The notes beneath the pieces are model-generated. The model searched no databases and had not been told where the DNA came from. It saw only the letters and a program-made list of their open reading frames with translations. Shown here piece after piece: positions 37,522 to 49,644 of a DNA stretch of 64,000 bases (position 1 is the first letter of the stretch; every line of letters begins with the position of its first letter). The DNA comes from Daphnia carinata (taxonomy: Eukaryota). A program made the translations under genes and the position numbers. Location: the NCBI RefSeq assembly GCF_022539665.2, contig NC_081332.1, positions 124,001 to 188,000 on the forward strand. Reading direction: 5' to 3'.

Positions 37522-40500
37522 TTACATGAAATTCATACCAGTCGAAAACAAAACTTTCTGTCTGGTTTTCTTGTTTTTCTTGTTGGACGAAGAATTTTCG
37601 GGTTTCTCATCTGTGTTAACACCTATGGATGAAACGTTTGCGTTAAACAAAGCAGTTAGAATAATTTAAATTTTTTAGTTATCACTTTTCGATTTTGCTG
37701 CTTGGTCGAACGCGGCCGCCAATGCCGAACTGAAAGTTTCTTTATATTCGGGAGCTGGAGCGTAATCGGCAACTTCTGACCCACTTTCACTTGTGTTGCG
37801 ATGTCGGCCGGCTTTATTCAGACCGGTAGCTGTTTGAACAGCTTTATATCCTGATGTCGGAAGCGGAGACCAGACACTAGGGATTTTATTTTTCCCTTCG
37901 CGTAACATCTAATGTAGATGAAGCATAACGAGTCAGTAAAATTTGCACAAGAAGTTAGAGACCAAATTCTTTAAAAGTAACCTGTGCGAACGATGGTCCA
38001 GCTCCAAGTTGAGCCCCACTTTCAATACTAGAAGGTGAAACATCAATGAATGTATCCATTTCCGGTACAACATCTTGTGGGCTGTGACTAAATCCTGGGA
38101 AATGAACTTGTGAGTCAATCCGCACAATAGGTTGATTTTTCGTCCGGCCCCATTTAGCGTCTTCGGCTCGCTGAATTTCTAATTCACGACGACGTTCGTC
38201 GCGATCCTTTCGCCGACGCCTCCGGGCTCGATCTTCGACACGTTCTGCGAATAACATAAAATGACATCGTTATGTTTCTTGGAAATAACCACTAATAGTA
38301 CCGCAGCAACGGCCCCAGTGAAAATAAAATAAAAACAAAAAAAATACCTCTAAATTCTTCGAGTACGGTAGAATCTATTTCGGGTTCCATCAACGCTATC
38401 TCCATAATCTGAAACTGTTTTGATATCGGTATATGTCCCAAGTAGCGAAGCCGATTTCGTAATTCCTCGGTCATTGATAAAGTTTCAACTTCAACTATGC
38501 GTCCTTGTATAGTTTCTGGGCACAGTTCTAAAGACCCAAAACAGCGAACAAGTATTTGTACGTTGATGTGGTGAAGATAAATTGCTTGGCCATCACTGCT
38601 TTGGTAAAAATAAAAGACATTCTTCTGTTGGCTACGGTGAGCGTCTGTCATCTATACGACGAAGAATGATAATTAAACAGAAAAGCAACCAAGAGAATAG
38701 ATACACACCGAACTATTGTCTGGTATAGCGTTTGGGAAACTCGGAGTAGGGGACACGATCCACTCCAACGATGCAACATCTGGGTCTTGCGTCATCATTG
38801 TCGGTTGCATTGCCTTGCTAAAATCTAACTGGAGCTCAATAGGAGATGCACAACCATAATTATCATTGGATGTTGCAAAACGTGATACGTCACTATCATT
38901 CGATTCAACATCTAATTTTGTCGCAGTCAAATCCTAATATTTAGATAATAATTAGTTTCGAAAGGCAAAGAGCAACGTTTATTACAAGAGTCACTTGCCA
39001 AATCCGTCGCGAAAGACGAAAGACATTGAATGGCTGCGTCGTTTTCTCTCACTGCCAGTAGTTCCAAAGCTTGTTGGATGAAACATGATTCGGGACAATC
39101 TTTCTCGGTTTCCAACTGAGCTTGCAACTCAGACTTTTCCCACTGAAGAATGAGATTGACCACCTCGTTGGGCGTGCAGAGTAGTAGTTTACTGAAAACA
39201 TGATCTTCGCCGACTTTCCCCAAATACTTTGGTTTTGGCTGACAATGGGCAGGATCAGATCCTTTAGATCCCGAAACGGGTTGTGGCTGAAGCGAATGAC
39301 GTTCACGTTTCATCAACTTCATCTCCAAGACATCTCCTATTTTTAAATTTCTTTGTTCAAGAGCCACAACACTATCGCAAAAGCAAGATGTTACAGATTA
39401 CGCTGAAGAATAAAAACTGTTGAAATATACCTTTTAGATCCTGGATACGAACAGAGACGTCACAAATAGGGCATGGTCGAGATGGTTTGTCGGATAATGC
39501 AAGAAAATGAAGAATGCAAGGCCAACAATATATATGGCCACAACGTGTCATCTTCGCCGCAATCGGAGTATGTAAACAAATAGGACAAGATCCAACCTCT
39601 GAACCCCAAATTCTCTATTAAAAAACAAAGGATTTTTTTTTAGTTGCTTTACAAATTACCCTACATACAATGTATTGCCAATTGACGAAGTCATGCTACG
39701 AGTCGGAAGGATAATACCTCAAGCCTCCACATTAATTGACAAATTTAATATTCCAAGCAGAAATTAGCGCTGGGACATGAAGAATCCTCAAGCGAACTCA
39801 ACGGCTTGGTTACATCGTACAAGGAATTTTCTAAATGAAGTGTACTTACAATTTGTTCGACCGTCTCCCACGGAACTAACAGATCAGGATCGGCCAAATA
39901 TACCGTATAGTCCCCATCTGCCTTAACAACAAACTGGCAACTGCAGAGACAAAATCAACCATACATCTTCATGCATAAAATTGAGTAAAACAATTTTATT
40001 TCACTTGGCTTGTAGATAGTGATCCTTGTTGAGATAAGACCTAGCAGAATGTTGGTTAAATCTCTTGTTTCTTCCACCCACTTGGCCAGAATGTGTACTT
40101 CTCCAGTAATTTGATACAGAAGTCTCTCTCGGAGCAAATTGAAACTTCATGTTCAGTAGATGAGCCAAATTTTGCTTCTTGCCCGTTTCAGATAATACCA
40201 AATCCAAATCAGGATCATTGGAATCAGTTACCTAAAAGTCAAATATTGGTTTACATTTGGTCAACGTTAAGAGGGGAAAAATGGTTTCCACCTGGTGATA
40301 ACTTTTTCTATCGATTCCTGATCCAGAAAACCCACCATTTCTCTGCTGCCTCTTGTCTGGTCCTTTTTGTTTTGACAGCCAAGGTTTCTGATTTTTAGAA
40401 CCAGTTGATACTGCCAAACTGGGAGTTTTAGGTAAGACATTTTCTCTTTTTTTCACACTCCGATTCTGTAGTTTTGGACCAGTTACAGAGCTCAAATCTT

Positions 40501-40621
40501 CAAGATATACAGACAGTTAAATGGAAGATTAGAGGATTCATATAAATAAAACTTAAGTACCTGATTTGATGGGTTTTAACTCCGACGGCTGTCCATTAGG
40601 ACGCACGTTCTTGTTTTCCAT
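37522..40621 (-). CDS. RNF10: E3 ubiquitin ligase RING finger protein 10; multi-exon
   Basis: LAHLL..FQFAPR, C3HC4 [32 protein letters not shown]...[40 protein letters not shown]-terminal [12 protein letters not shown]. Confidence 0.93.
39668..39811 (-). ncRNA. Intronic box H/ACA snoRNA candidate (snR36/SNORA36-like target)
   Basis: In an enlarged RNF10 intron, sense strand: hairpin CCAAGC...GCTTGG, H box ATATTA, hairpin TTGTCAATT...AATTGGCAA, then ACA. Pocket GTTGAGT/AATT matches 18S AAUU-U-G-ACUCAAC. Confidence 0.8.
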
Positions 40622-41257
40622 TTTCAAAACCAAAAGTTAACAAGCTGGAAAACAAAAAACTACTAACACTACAAAATCTAAAGCCAAAAAACAAACGAGA
40701 CACAGAGCTATCTCCACGAGGGGAGTAGAAAACGCGAGATTCCAGCAATGGATTCATCTTATCAAAAGGCACCTTCCATCTTTTAAGTAATAATAGGAAC
40801 TATTGAGAATAATAGTTCAGCAAAAAGTTGAATATTATCAATAGAAGTTAGCGGCAAAAGTTAAAAACTGCAAAGGAGTAACTTTGAACTCCTTTGCTAA
40901 GCTAAACAACAACAGAGAATAGTTACTTTTACGACAAATTTGCCGGGCAGCACAATGGCTGAAACTCGTTCTCGATAGTCTGTCTCAACTCCCGATTTCT
41001 AATGGCTGAATGTACGACGTAGGACGTTCATGAGGTGGAAGAGACAGTATCATGCATCAGTGGGTAATCGCTAGTGTTCCTGGACGTTGCCAAAATGCGA
41101 TTTTTATGTATTTACACATGTTTCCTGGACGGAAAAAGCAAAAGAAAATTCTTGTACTTTTTAGAAGAAGAAAACAGTAATTTGAAGTAAGATATTTTGC
41201 GATGAAAATTATGGTAATAAATATGGTTAGAGCTTGTTCCCGCTTACTGCAACCCGA

Positions 41258-43664
41258 CAACATGGTCTCAGTACATATGTAAGGCTCAGCCCCGATCGTC
41301 TTTGATCGGGGCAAACCGCGGTTTTTCATTTAAAAATCGTCAAACCGTCGGTTCGGTTTGGTTTTCGGTTTGCAACTGGGCCAAACCGGTTTGAACCGCC
41401 ATTAAATTTTTTTTTTTAATTTTGCTAAAATTCCAAATCAAATAACTATCACTAATTGTTGTGAGCGTAATGGCGGTCAGCAACTTGTTATAAATCAAAT
41501 TTCCGATCAGATTTGTAGGCATCACGATCGAAAATCAGTCGATCTTTCCGCCATCTAGCGACAAAATTTGCTACTGATGATTGTCTGTGCAAACCGCAAA
41601 TCCACGGTGCAAACCGTAAAACCGCGGTGCAAACCGTGCAAAACCGCAGTTTACACCGCGGGTACAAACTGCAGATACAAACCGTCAAACCGCGCACAAG
41701 GCGTTATTCAATTGTTTTTTGGTATGCTGTCTGCTTGTAATTTTTCCGCGCGGAGGGCGCGATAAAATGTAGTTATCCACGCGGAAGGCGCGTGGACTTC
41801 CGTTTAACTTATCTTAGTTAATTACTGCGATTTTCTATCTAAGACGGATATTAAAACTCCCTAGCTGCAAACAAAATTTAAATACCAATAATTAATAAAT
41901 ATTTAATTTTTGGACGGTGTATGGGAGGAGGGGAAACTACGAAAAAATCGACAACTTTGGGCCCTTCGTTTAGGCATTCTTTGGGCTTATGATATGTTAT
42001 TAAGGTATTATCTCGATTCCTTGTTTCACGAGGAATGTTTTCGTGGGTATTAAACAACAAAATTTATCAAATTAGTTAACGAAATACTAAGTTACAAACA
42101 ACCAATCACAATTGAGAAAACGGGTGCCATTATTTTTAGGCGCAATTTTTAAATTTTCTATTATTACCAGCGTAAATAAAATTTCAAAACAGTTTTACGA
42201 TTCTATATTTACCTTATTGTATAGGCTTATTGTTATAATAATACAAAAAAAAGAAAATTTTTCATTCGGTTTATTTTCATATTCAAATATTTACAGTCTT
42301 ACATTATTATTACAACTACTTACATTATCACGGTTCACCGGATACAAAAAAATCGCTTACCGTCGAGTCCAAGGGGTTGTCGTAAAAGATGTCAGTGTTG
42401 ATATCAAGAACGTTTTACGATTTTTGATTAGTAATTTTGTGATTTGAAAATTGAATTATTTTGAAAATTAAAATCGATGCAGACGACACGCAGACGGCAC
42501 AAGCAGACGACACATCAACAGCTTGCTTTCTTTCAGCGGTGGTTGCCACTGGCATCAGAGCTGGAGAGCCAATCAAAACGCAAGAATGGGGGTGCCGCTG
42601 GGAACCCGAACGGTCGAGTCAACTTGCGGAGACCATGTTGAATTTTTTACACCTACTTACAATTTGAACTTGGCGCGGTAAGAAAATGGCCGCCATAATG
42701 GTTTGTCAAAAACCACTTTTTCAAGCGTAATTTTTGGGGTTAAATGTAGCATCTGAAAATCAATCGTTTATAACAACTTGTTCCTGGAATATCCCAGCAA
42801 CAAAAATATTATAATGATTTCATATTTTGACGAAGATTAAGCATCAAACGATCACTGCAAAGTTTCGTCTTTTTCACACACCCCCTACCCTTTCTAAAAT
42901 CATAAAAGCCTTTAATAATTATTTACGAGGAAAATAAACAGTCAAAATTGACAAATTTTGCATCAATCGATAGCTCTTTTCAACAGCTATCTACTTCTAT
43001 AAAATGTATGTTAAATTTTCAGAAAAGGGAAAAGTTTAAGCGTAATATCTATTATTTTTTGTTTTTATCAGTTGCGTCCATTACAACCTTAGATGAAAAA
43101 ACAACAAAAACACATTTTGCCTTTAAGTTTTTTTCTATTTGAAAATGTTGATTATAATTACCTAAAAATGGATAGCTTTTACCAGGGGCTATCGATTTAT
43201 ATTATATTAATATTATTTATATACTTAATCAGCGAATATCGTAATTAATTTTGCTGACAAATAATTAAAAATTTGTTTCTCTAATATTCGTTTATTTCAA
43301 TTACTATAACTATTGTACTTATATATAATAGTAATATATATATTATAATTCTATGTATGTATAAATATATATATATATAATTGTAATATACTGTATATAT
43401 GTGTATTTATTATATTGTAGTATTTATATACATTATCATAGTATTGTAAATATAAATTTATATAAAACGAATTCATATTATTCGCTTCGAAAAAATTAAG
43501 ACATGCGCTACACGCATTTTTGTTTAACTGAATTAACTTTAACGGTTTAACCATTAAAGCAACCAAATCAAAGCCCTAGGGGTGACAACACACACTTTCC
43601 CCATAAAGAAAACTGCAGGCGCGATTATGTACTAAATAGTACATACTGGCTTGCGACCAGCCTG
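41258..43664. mobile_element. Copy B of the 17684-19025 element, with internal insertions
   Basis: Left end CAACATGGTCTC at 41258; homology resumes at ~41695-41880 and ~42641-43664; right end GACCAGCCTG. Confidence 0.85.
41282..41697. repeat. AAACCG-rich MITE-like insertion inside copy B
   Basis: Dense AAACCG/CGGTTT motifs and a perfect GCCCCGATC/GATCGGGGC hairpin; absent from copy A. Confidence 0.6.
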
Positions 43665-45046
43665 GTTGTCGCCACTAGGGCTTTGATTTGGTTGCTTTAG
43701 TGGTTAAACCGCTAAAGTTAAACCAGTTAAACAATAATGCGTGTAGCGCATGTCTTTTAAATTTTTTCGAAGCGAATAATGTGAATCCGGTTGATGTAAA
43801 TTTTTCCAATGAGGTAATATGTATAACAAATACTAATATATATGTTACAATTATATATAGATATTTATATAAATTACTATTATGTATATACGATACTATT
43901 ATATGTATACAATACTGTAATATATATTATAGTACATACACGATATATATATAATATATATATATATTGTACTTACGTACAATTGGTGTGATAATTGAAA
44001 TAAAAGAATATAAGAGAAACCATTTTTTAATTATTTGTCAGCTAAATTAATTACAATAATTAGTTGATTAATTACAGTAAATAGACCTTGGTAAGGGCTA
44101 TCTATTTCTGGGTAATTGTTATCAACATTTTGAAAGGGAAAAAATCTCAAAGGCAAAATGTGTTTTTGTTGTTTTTCGATCTAAGGTTTCTCTGTTTTTA
44201 TCAGTTCGTCCATTAGAACATGGACAAAAAATAGATGTTACGCTTAAACTTTTTCCTTTTCTGAAAATTTAACATAAATTTCATAGAACTAGATAGTTCT
44301 TGATAAGAGCTATCAATTGATGCAAAATTTTTTAATTTTGACTGTTTATTTTCCTCATAAATAATTATTAAAGGATTTCATGATTTTAGAAAGGGGAGGG
44401 GTGTGTGAAAAAGACGAAATTTTGCATTGAACGTTTGATGCTTAATCTTCGTCAAAACAGGAAATCATTATAATATTTTTGTTGCTGGTAATTCCAGAAC
44501 AAGTTGTTATAAACGATTACTTTTAAGTTGCTATATTCAACCCCAAAAATTACGTTTGAAAAAGTGGTTTTTGATAAACCATTATGGCGGGCATTTTCTT
44601 ACCGCGCCAAGTTCAAATTTTAAAAAGTGTAAAAAATTGTAATAATAAGTACATATTTACATTTTGTTTGTGTTTAGAGAATTTCAATATCCGTCTTAGA
44701 TAAGAAATTTTAAAAATTAACTAAGATAAGCTAAACAAATTTATTTCATGGGTTCTCATTTAATTTGCAATTTTAGGGGTCTTTTTCCACATTTCCGCGT
44801 GGAAAACTACGTTTTATCGCGACGTCCACATGGAAAAACTCCAAGCAGACAATATTCCCAAAAAACAATTGACTAACGCCCTGCGCGTTTATCATTTAGC
44901 CCATAAGAAAAAGTGCATCTGCAACTATGTGCTACTTAGTACACATGTAGTGAGACCATGTTGGCGACAACACACACTCTCTCCATATAGAAAACTGTAG
45001 GCGCGATTATGTACTAAGTAGTACATATTGCCTCGCGACCAGCCTG
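43665..45046. mobile_element. Copy C of the same element; body inverted relative to its own right terminus
   Basis: 43665-44963 is the reverse complement of the copy A body, ending CCATGTTG; 44964-45046 is the forward right-terminal segment. Confidence 0.88.
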
Positions 45047-45625
45047 AAAGAACCTCACTGCCGGCGATGAACAGAGACCAATTTTTGACACAAATTACGT
45101 AAACAAGCCGCAATAATGGTGGGAAAACGTAATTGTCACTGACGAAAAATCATTTGGGTATTATTTTTAAACGTTATGTAGCATATAGTCTTCAATGCCT
45201 AAATTAATTATAATTAAAACGAGGTGAATGCGGCCGTATAACGTCACTAGTAGAACGAACACCACTTGTTTCGACGCAAATCATAGGAATATTAAAAATG
45301 AAGGCGGAAGAAGGGCAGCGCCCGTTTGGGCATGGCTTTCATTTAGCGGTGTCGGGGAATTTTCTGAATTAAAGAAAAGTTCAACAACGAAAAATATTTG
45401 TAGATTCCTGGGACGTTCTGCTTCCTTCCATTCATGTAAAATTTCCCGGGAGGCGCAAAAATGTTTTTCACGGTAGGCCGCTAATTTATCGGTCCGAAAT
45501 AAACCAGCTAATTGGATTTGGGAGAGTTATCGCGAGGAACCTATTATTGGCAAAAAGTCACAAATTGTATGATTGAAAGATTGCAAATTGTAATGGAAAA
45601 TAATGGTTATTTAACCAAGCATTGA
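45047..45625 (+). pseudogene. Degenerate Tc1-like transposase (second copy)
   Basis: WWENVIVTDEKSFG, FDANH...PVWAWLSFSGVGE and MIERLQIVMENNGYLTK; similar to 10205-13405. Confidence 0.75.
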
Positions 45626-48163
45626 TAAAATATTAAATTAATTTACTGTAGCGTGTAATTTTCAGTTATTTCGTGCTTTTTACAAATTCAATATTGATGT
45701 TTCATTTTCATTTGCATTTAGAAACGAAACATTTCAAAAAGGAAACTTTTAAAAAGAAAATAAATTATTTTGTAGGGTAAACGAGCGAATTGGGACACAG
45801 GCCCGGTTTCTGCTAATTTGGGACAAAAAACATACATTTCGTCGCTTCACGAATGGTATACTGATAGGGGTTCTATTGGAACATGAATCTTAGCTCAAGA
45901 AGGGTATAGCTAGGCCTCGTCTTGTGATCCCAATGCGGTATGAATATTCAGATCACAGTTGCTCAACAATGGTATATTTGCCACGAAAAGGTGTACCTTT
46001 AATTTACAATAACGTTAGATGAATGACGATAAGGCAATCTCAAGATATTACCTTGGTTGACCAAAGACTATGTTGGCCACCTCGGCTTCGACAACCAAAG
46101 GCAAAATATACGGTGATCTGGGCAACGTGTCTACATTCACCAAGGATAAATTTAAGGATAAACACATAAGCAACAGCAAACATCTCAAAGTGTCTAAGAG
46201 AGCTTAATTACCTGAAGAACAGCTTGATCGTAACAATAGGGAACAATGACTGACAGGACATGTGGTTTAATCAGACGACGAAACTGAACGTTAAAGCGGA
46301 ACATAGACAATAAAGGTCTACCAACTGCTTAGTGAGAAAGAGAAAATGGACAAAGTATACTTGCGCCGCCAAGCGGCAGATTCTTTATGCTATCGCTGAG
46401 TTTCTTCGTCAATCCAGAACATCTTATAGGCGAATTATAAACTAAAAGAGGGGTTACGCAATTTATCAAAAGGACAAAATTTAAAACATAACAATATCCG
46501 AGAAAACGGTAATTGAAATCTATGCGTTTTGCTTGCGGGCGAAAAACCTAAACAGCGTACGATTTGTTAGCTGACACCTGGACGGCACAGAAAATTTCTG
46601 AGGTAAAATTGAAGAAACCCATTAAATAATTATATCAAACAGTAGAGCAAGTTAAGTTCTACAGATTAAGTACAAGTCTGTCCCATTAAATGCTAGTCTT
46701 ATTCCAATATTACAAACCAGAAAAAAACCATTCCTGCTAATTTGGGACAGCCGACGCTAATTTAGGACACAGATATTTTCGAAAAAAACAAAACCATTTT
46801 TTTCCAATATTTTTACATCAATCGACGCAGAATTCAAAAATAAATCGATTGATGTAATATTTATACGTTTTTTGCATCATTTTCATAGAAATAACGCAAA
46901 AATACTTTAGGGACTTTAGGGAATCTAGTCTGGGTTCATCCACGCAGCTTTTAAAAAAAATTAATTTACATCCTTTCACTTTTTTTTTCGTAACTTCAAA
47001 GCCAATAAACTTTTTAGATTTTTAAAGGTAATTTCGTATTTTTTATTTCATTTTACCAGCTACTAAACGAGATATTTTTCGGAATCTGTTGTCCCTTATT
47101 GGGACACAAGTTTATTTGTAGTTTTTTTCAGAAATTTCAGTGGTTTTTCATGCTTTTCATGTTCCTTTTACTTGTCGTAGAAGAAATTTGTTAATAAGTC
47201 ATTGGTTTTAAGTAAAAATAAAAAAAAACTGTTTTGTTGTACTCGTCATAGCCCCATTTGACTGTGCTTTAAGCGAAAGCGCTAATTCTGGACACTGTTT
47301 TCGAAGCGCATGGGGTGGCGGTAATTTTCTTTTATCTTACGAGTTGGCACAGTGGATGAATGCCTGGATGGTAAGAAGGAGGTCTGAGGTTCAGTTCTCA
47401 GTAGCTAAATATAATCTTGTGTTTAGTTAATACATTAGATGTATTTAGGTACGATAGACGATGTCTGCCTATCATGTCTAATAAAATCCCCAAAAAGTAA
47501 TATTTTTGTCTGCATTTTGGGGTAACATTTAAATAGTATTTATAAATAGAATGAAATAAAAACTTTCATTAACAATTTGGTAGCTCAGATGTAAAGCATT
47601 AGCCTCATGATATTATGGACTGCAGTTCAATCCCAGATAGAAGTTAAAACTGAATAATTATTTTGCATAACGCTAGAAAACTACCATACAGCAGTAAACA
47701 AATAATGACGAAGAAAAAAATCCACAATGAGTTTTCTTTTTTCTGCAGTTTTTCTTACAAACCGCGATTCAACAATATCGCACGAAATGTGAAAAAATCA
47801 AGAATGATGTAAAACAACAACGTAAAACAACAACAGCCATGTAGGGAAAATTTATACGAATCTATTAATCGCAATATTTGTTGATATTGCGTTAGTTAAA
47901 GATGTCTTAAGTGATTACAAAATATCTCACAAATAGGGAAAAATTGCAAATCGAGTTAACTGAACTTTACATGTTGTGCACTGTCGGTATAGAACCATAC
48001 AATTTGGTGTTAGTAATCCAACGTTTTATCACTAGGCCATAGTTAATAAGTAATTTTTGAAAAGCATAATATGTCACTTAGTATGTAGTCTGCTGTCCCA
48101 AATTAGCGTCACGGGGGCTTATGTAAAAAACATAAGAATTGCAATGACCTATGAGATTAATAT

Positions 48164-49644
48164 TGTAACGAAATTAAAAGTATTAGTTTGGTTAACTAGG
48201 AAATAAAAAGTAAAACTAGAAATAAAAAGTCATTTGAAGGTTGCCCTAAGCCCTTGGGAGTAGTCGGGTTATAGACGAATATCCGGAAATGGAAATGGAT
48301 CCTGGGAATGATGCAAGATTGTCGTCGATCTTGCATCAGTGAATCGTGGGTTTCGCGTTGATGGAAGAGAGTTTTATAAAATGGTAGGACGAGAAATTAA
48401 AAGGGGGATTCTGGTTTGAGTTGGTCGGTCGGTGCAACGTTAGTTTTGGTGATGGTCGGTGTTTGTGCGGGCGGTGTTGGTTTTAGAGAGAGAAGTTAGA
48501 GAGATACAGAGAGAGTAGGAATCGAGTTTAGTTTTTAGTTTTTTTCGTGGAGTGACAATTTATGCTTGTTTGGACAGTGTTGGTTTTTTGTGAGTTTGAG
48601 TGTTAGTGTGTAGTGATTCTTTTGTTTTCGATAGTCCCACACAGCACACTGCTGTTTCTTAGTTGACCATTTTTGGTCCTCACTGGACCACTAGGACGTC
48701 CATAAGACGCGGTGAAATTCTTAAATGACGTGTTTTGGCTGCCTCCTGCACATCTAGATGTCCGGCAGAACGGAGCCCGAGTGCGTCTTTTACCAGCCGT
48801 CCACAATGAGTTAAGGCGGTGAACTGGACCACTTTTGGACCGATTAATAATATAGTTTTAAAAAATGTGGCTGTGGCTGCTATCGAACACGGGTCTCCCG
48901 CATCATGGTCGGACGCGCTTTCCACTAGACCACTCTATACTTATGAATTTCATTATTTTCAAACAATACAATAGAAACATAGGAAAATACTCAAATTTTT
49001 TTTCGACAACAGGTCACAAAATTTTTTTCTCAAACATAAAGTTAAAGTCGAAATTAAGTTAGACCCTCGATCCTTCAAAAGTAATTAAACAAATTAGGCT
49101 GAATTTTTGTAGATTTTGAAACTTTCTAAATTTTTAAGAAAATGAATTATTTGAGATAATATTTTTATGCTAAATAAAATATATTTTTCTAACTTCCTCA
49201 TTTCAATGAAATTCACAGTATCAATTTACTTACCCGTTTAGTTGTAAAGTATAAAGTTTAAACATTCTACGTTTGAATTACATGTATGTCAAAACTGGCA
49301 ACACAGGATTTGACCAAATGTGGGACTAAAGAAGTCAAGAACAGATATATTGATTTCCTAGGCAACAAACGTGGCTAACGTACATCTATTTTCGCGCCTA
49401 TATCAGGCCCGTCCTGGTTGTCCTAGTGGGACGGATTAAGGATGACTTCTGGCTTTCAATTCTTGTGTGGGGTGGAGACGCCCGGTGGCCTGACGTGTTA
49501 GACTTCGGATCTGTATTAAATTAATTTCAGACCGAAGAATAACCATTGAGTCTATCCGGTGGCCTAAAACACGCTTCAATCCCGTTACAAACAAAGAAAA
49601 AGATCCCCGGCGTATTGTGGGCTTGCGTCCAAGCGCGCGTTACA
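48164..49644. mobile_element. Solo LTR (Gypsy-like, ~643 bp net) inserted in the tandem array
   Basis: TGTAACG...CGTTACA termini; 4-bp TSD ATAT (48160-48163 and 49645-49648); the array unit rejoins when it is removed. Confidence 0.85.
48636..49471. mobile_element. CCC-terminal non-autonomous DNA transposon inside the solo LTR
   Basis: CCCACACA...TGTGTGGG ends with 2-bp TSD GT; interior homologous (inverted) to ~59400-59760. Confidence 0.65.

Noticed and set aside
40974..41052. Possible hairpin ncRNA upstream of RNF10 (CTGTCTC...GAGACAG)
   Set aside because: Only a short closing stem and no family-defining boxes; cannot be supported by eye.
45840..46620. Coding-like fragment, possibly a viral or retroelement glycoprotein
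   Set aside because: Many stops in the frames I translated and no motif I could identify.
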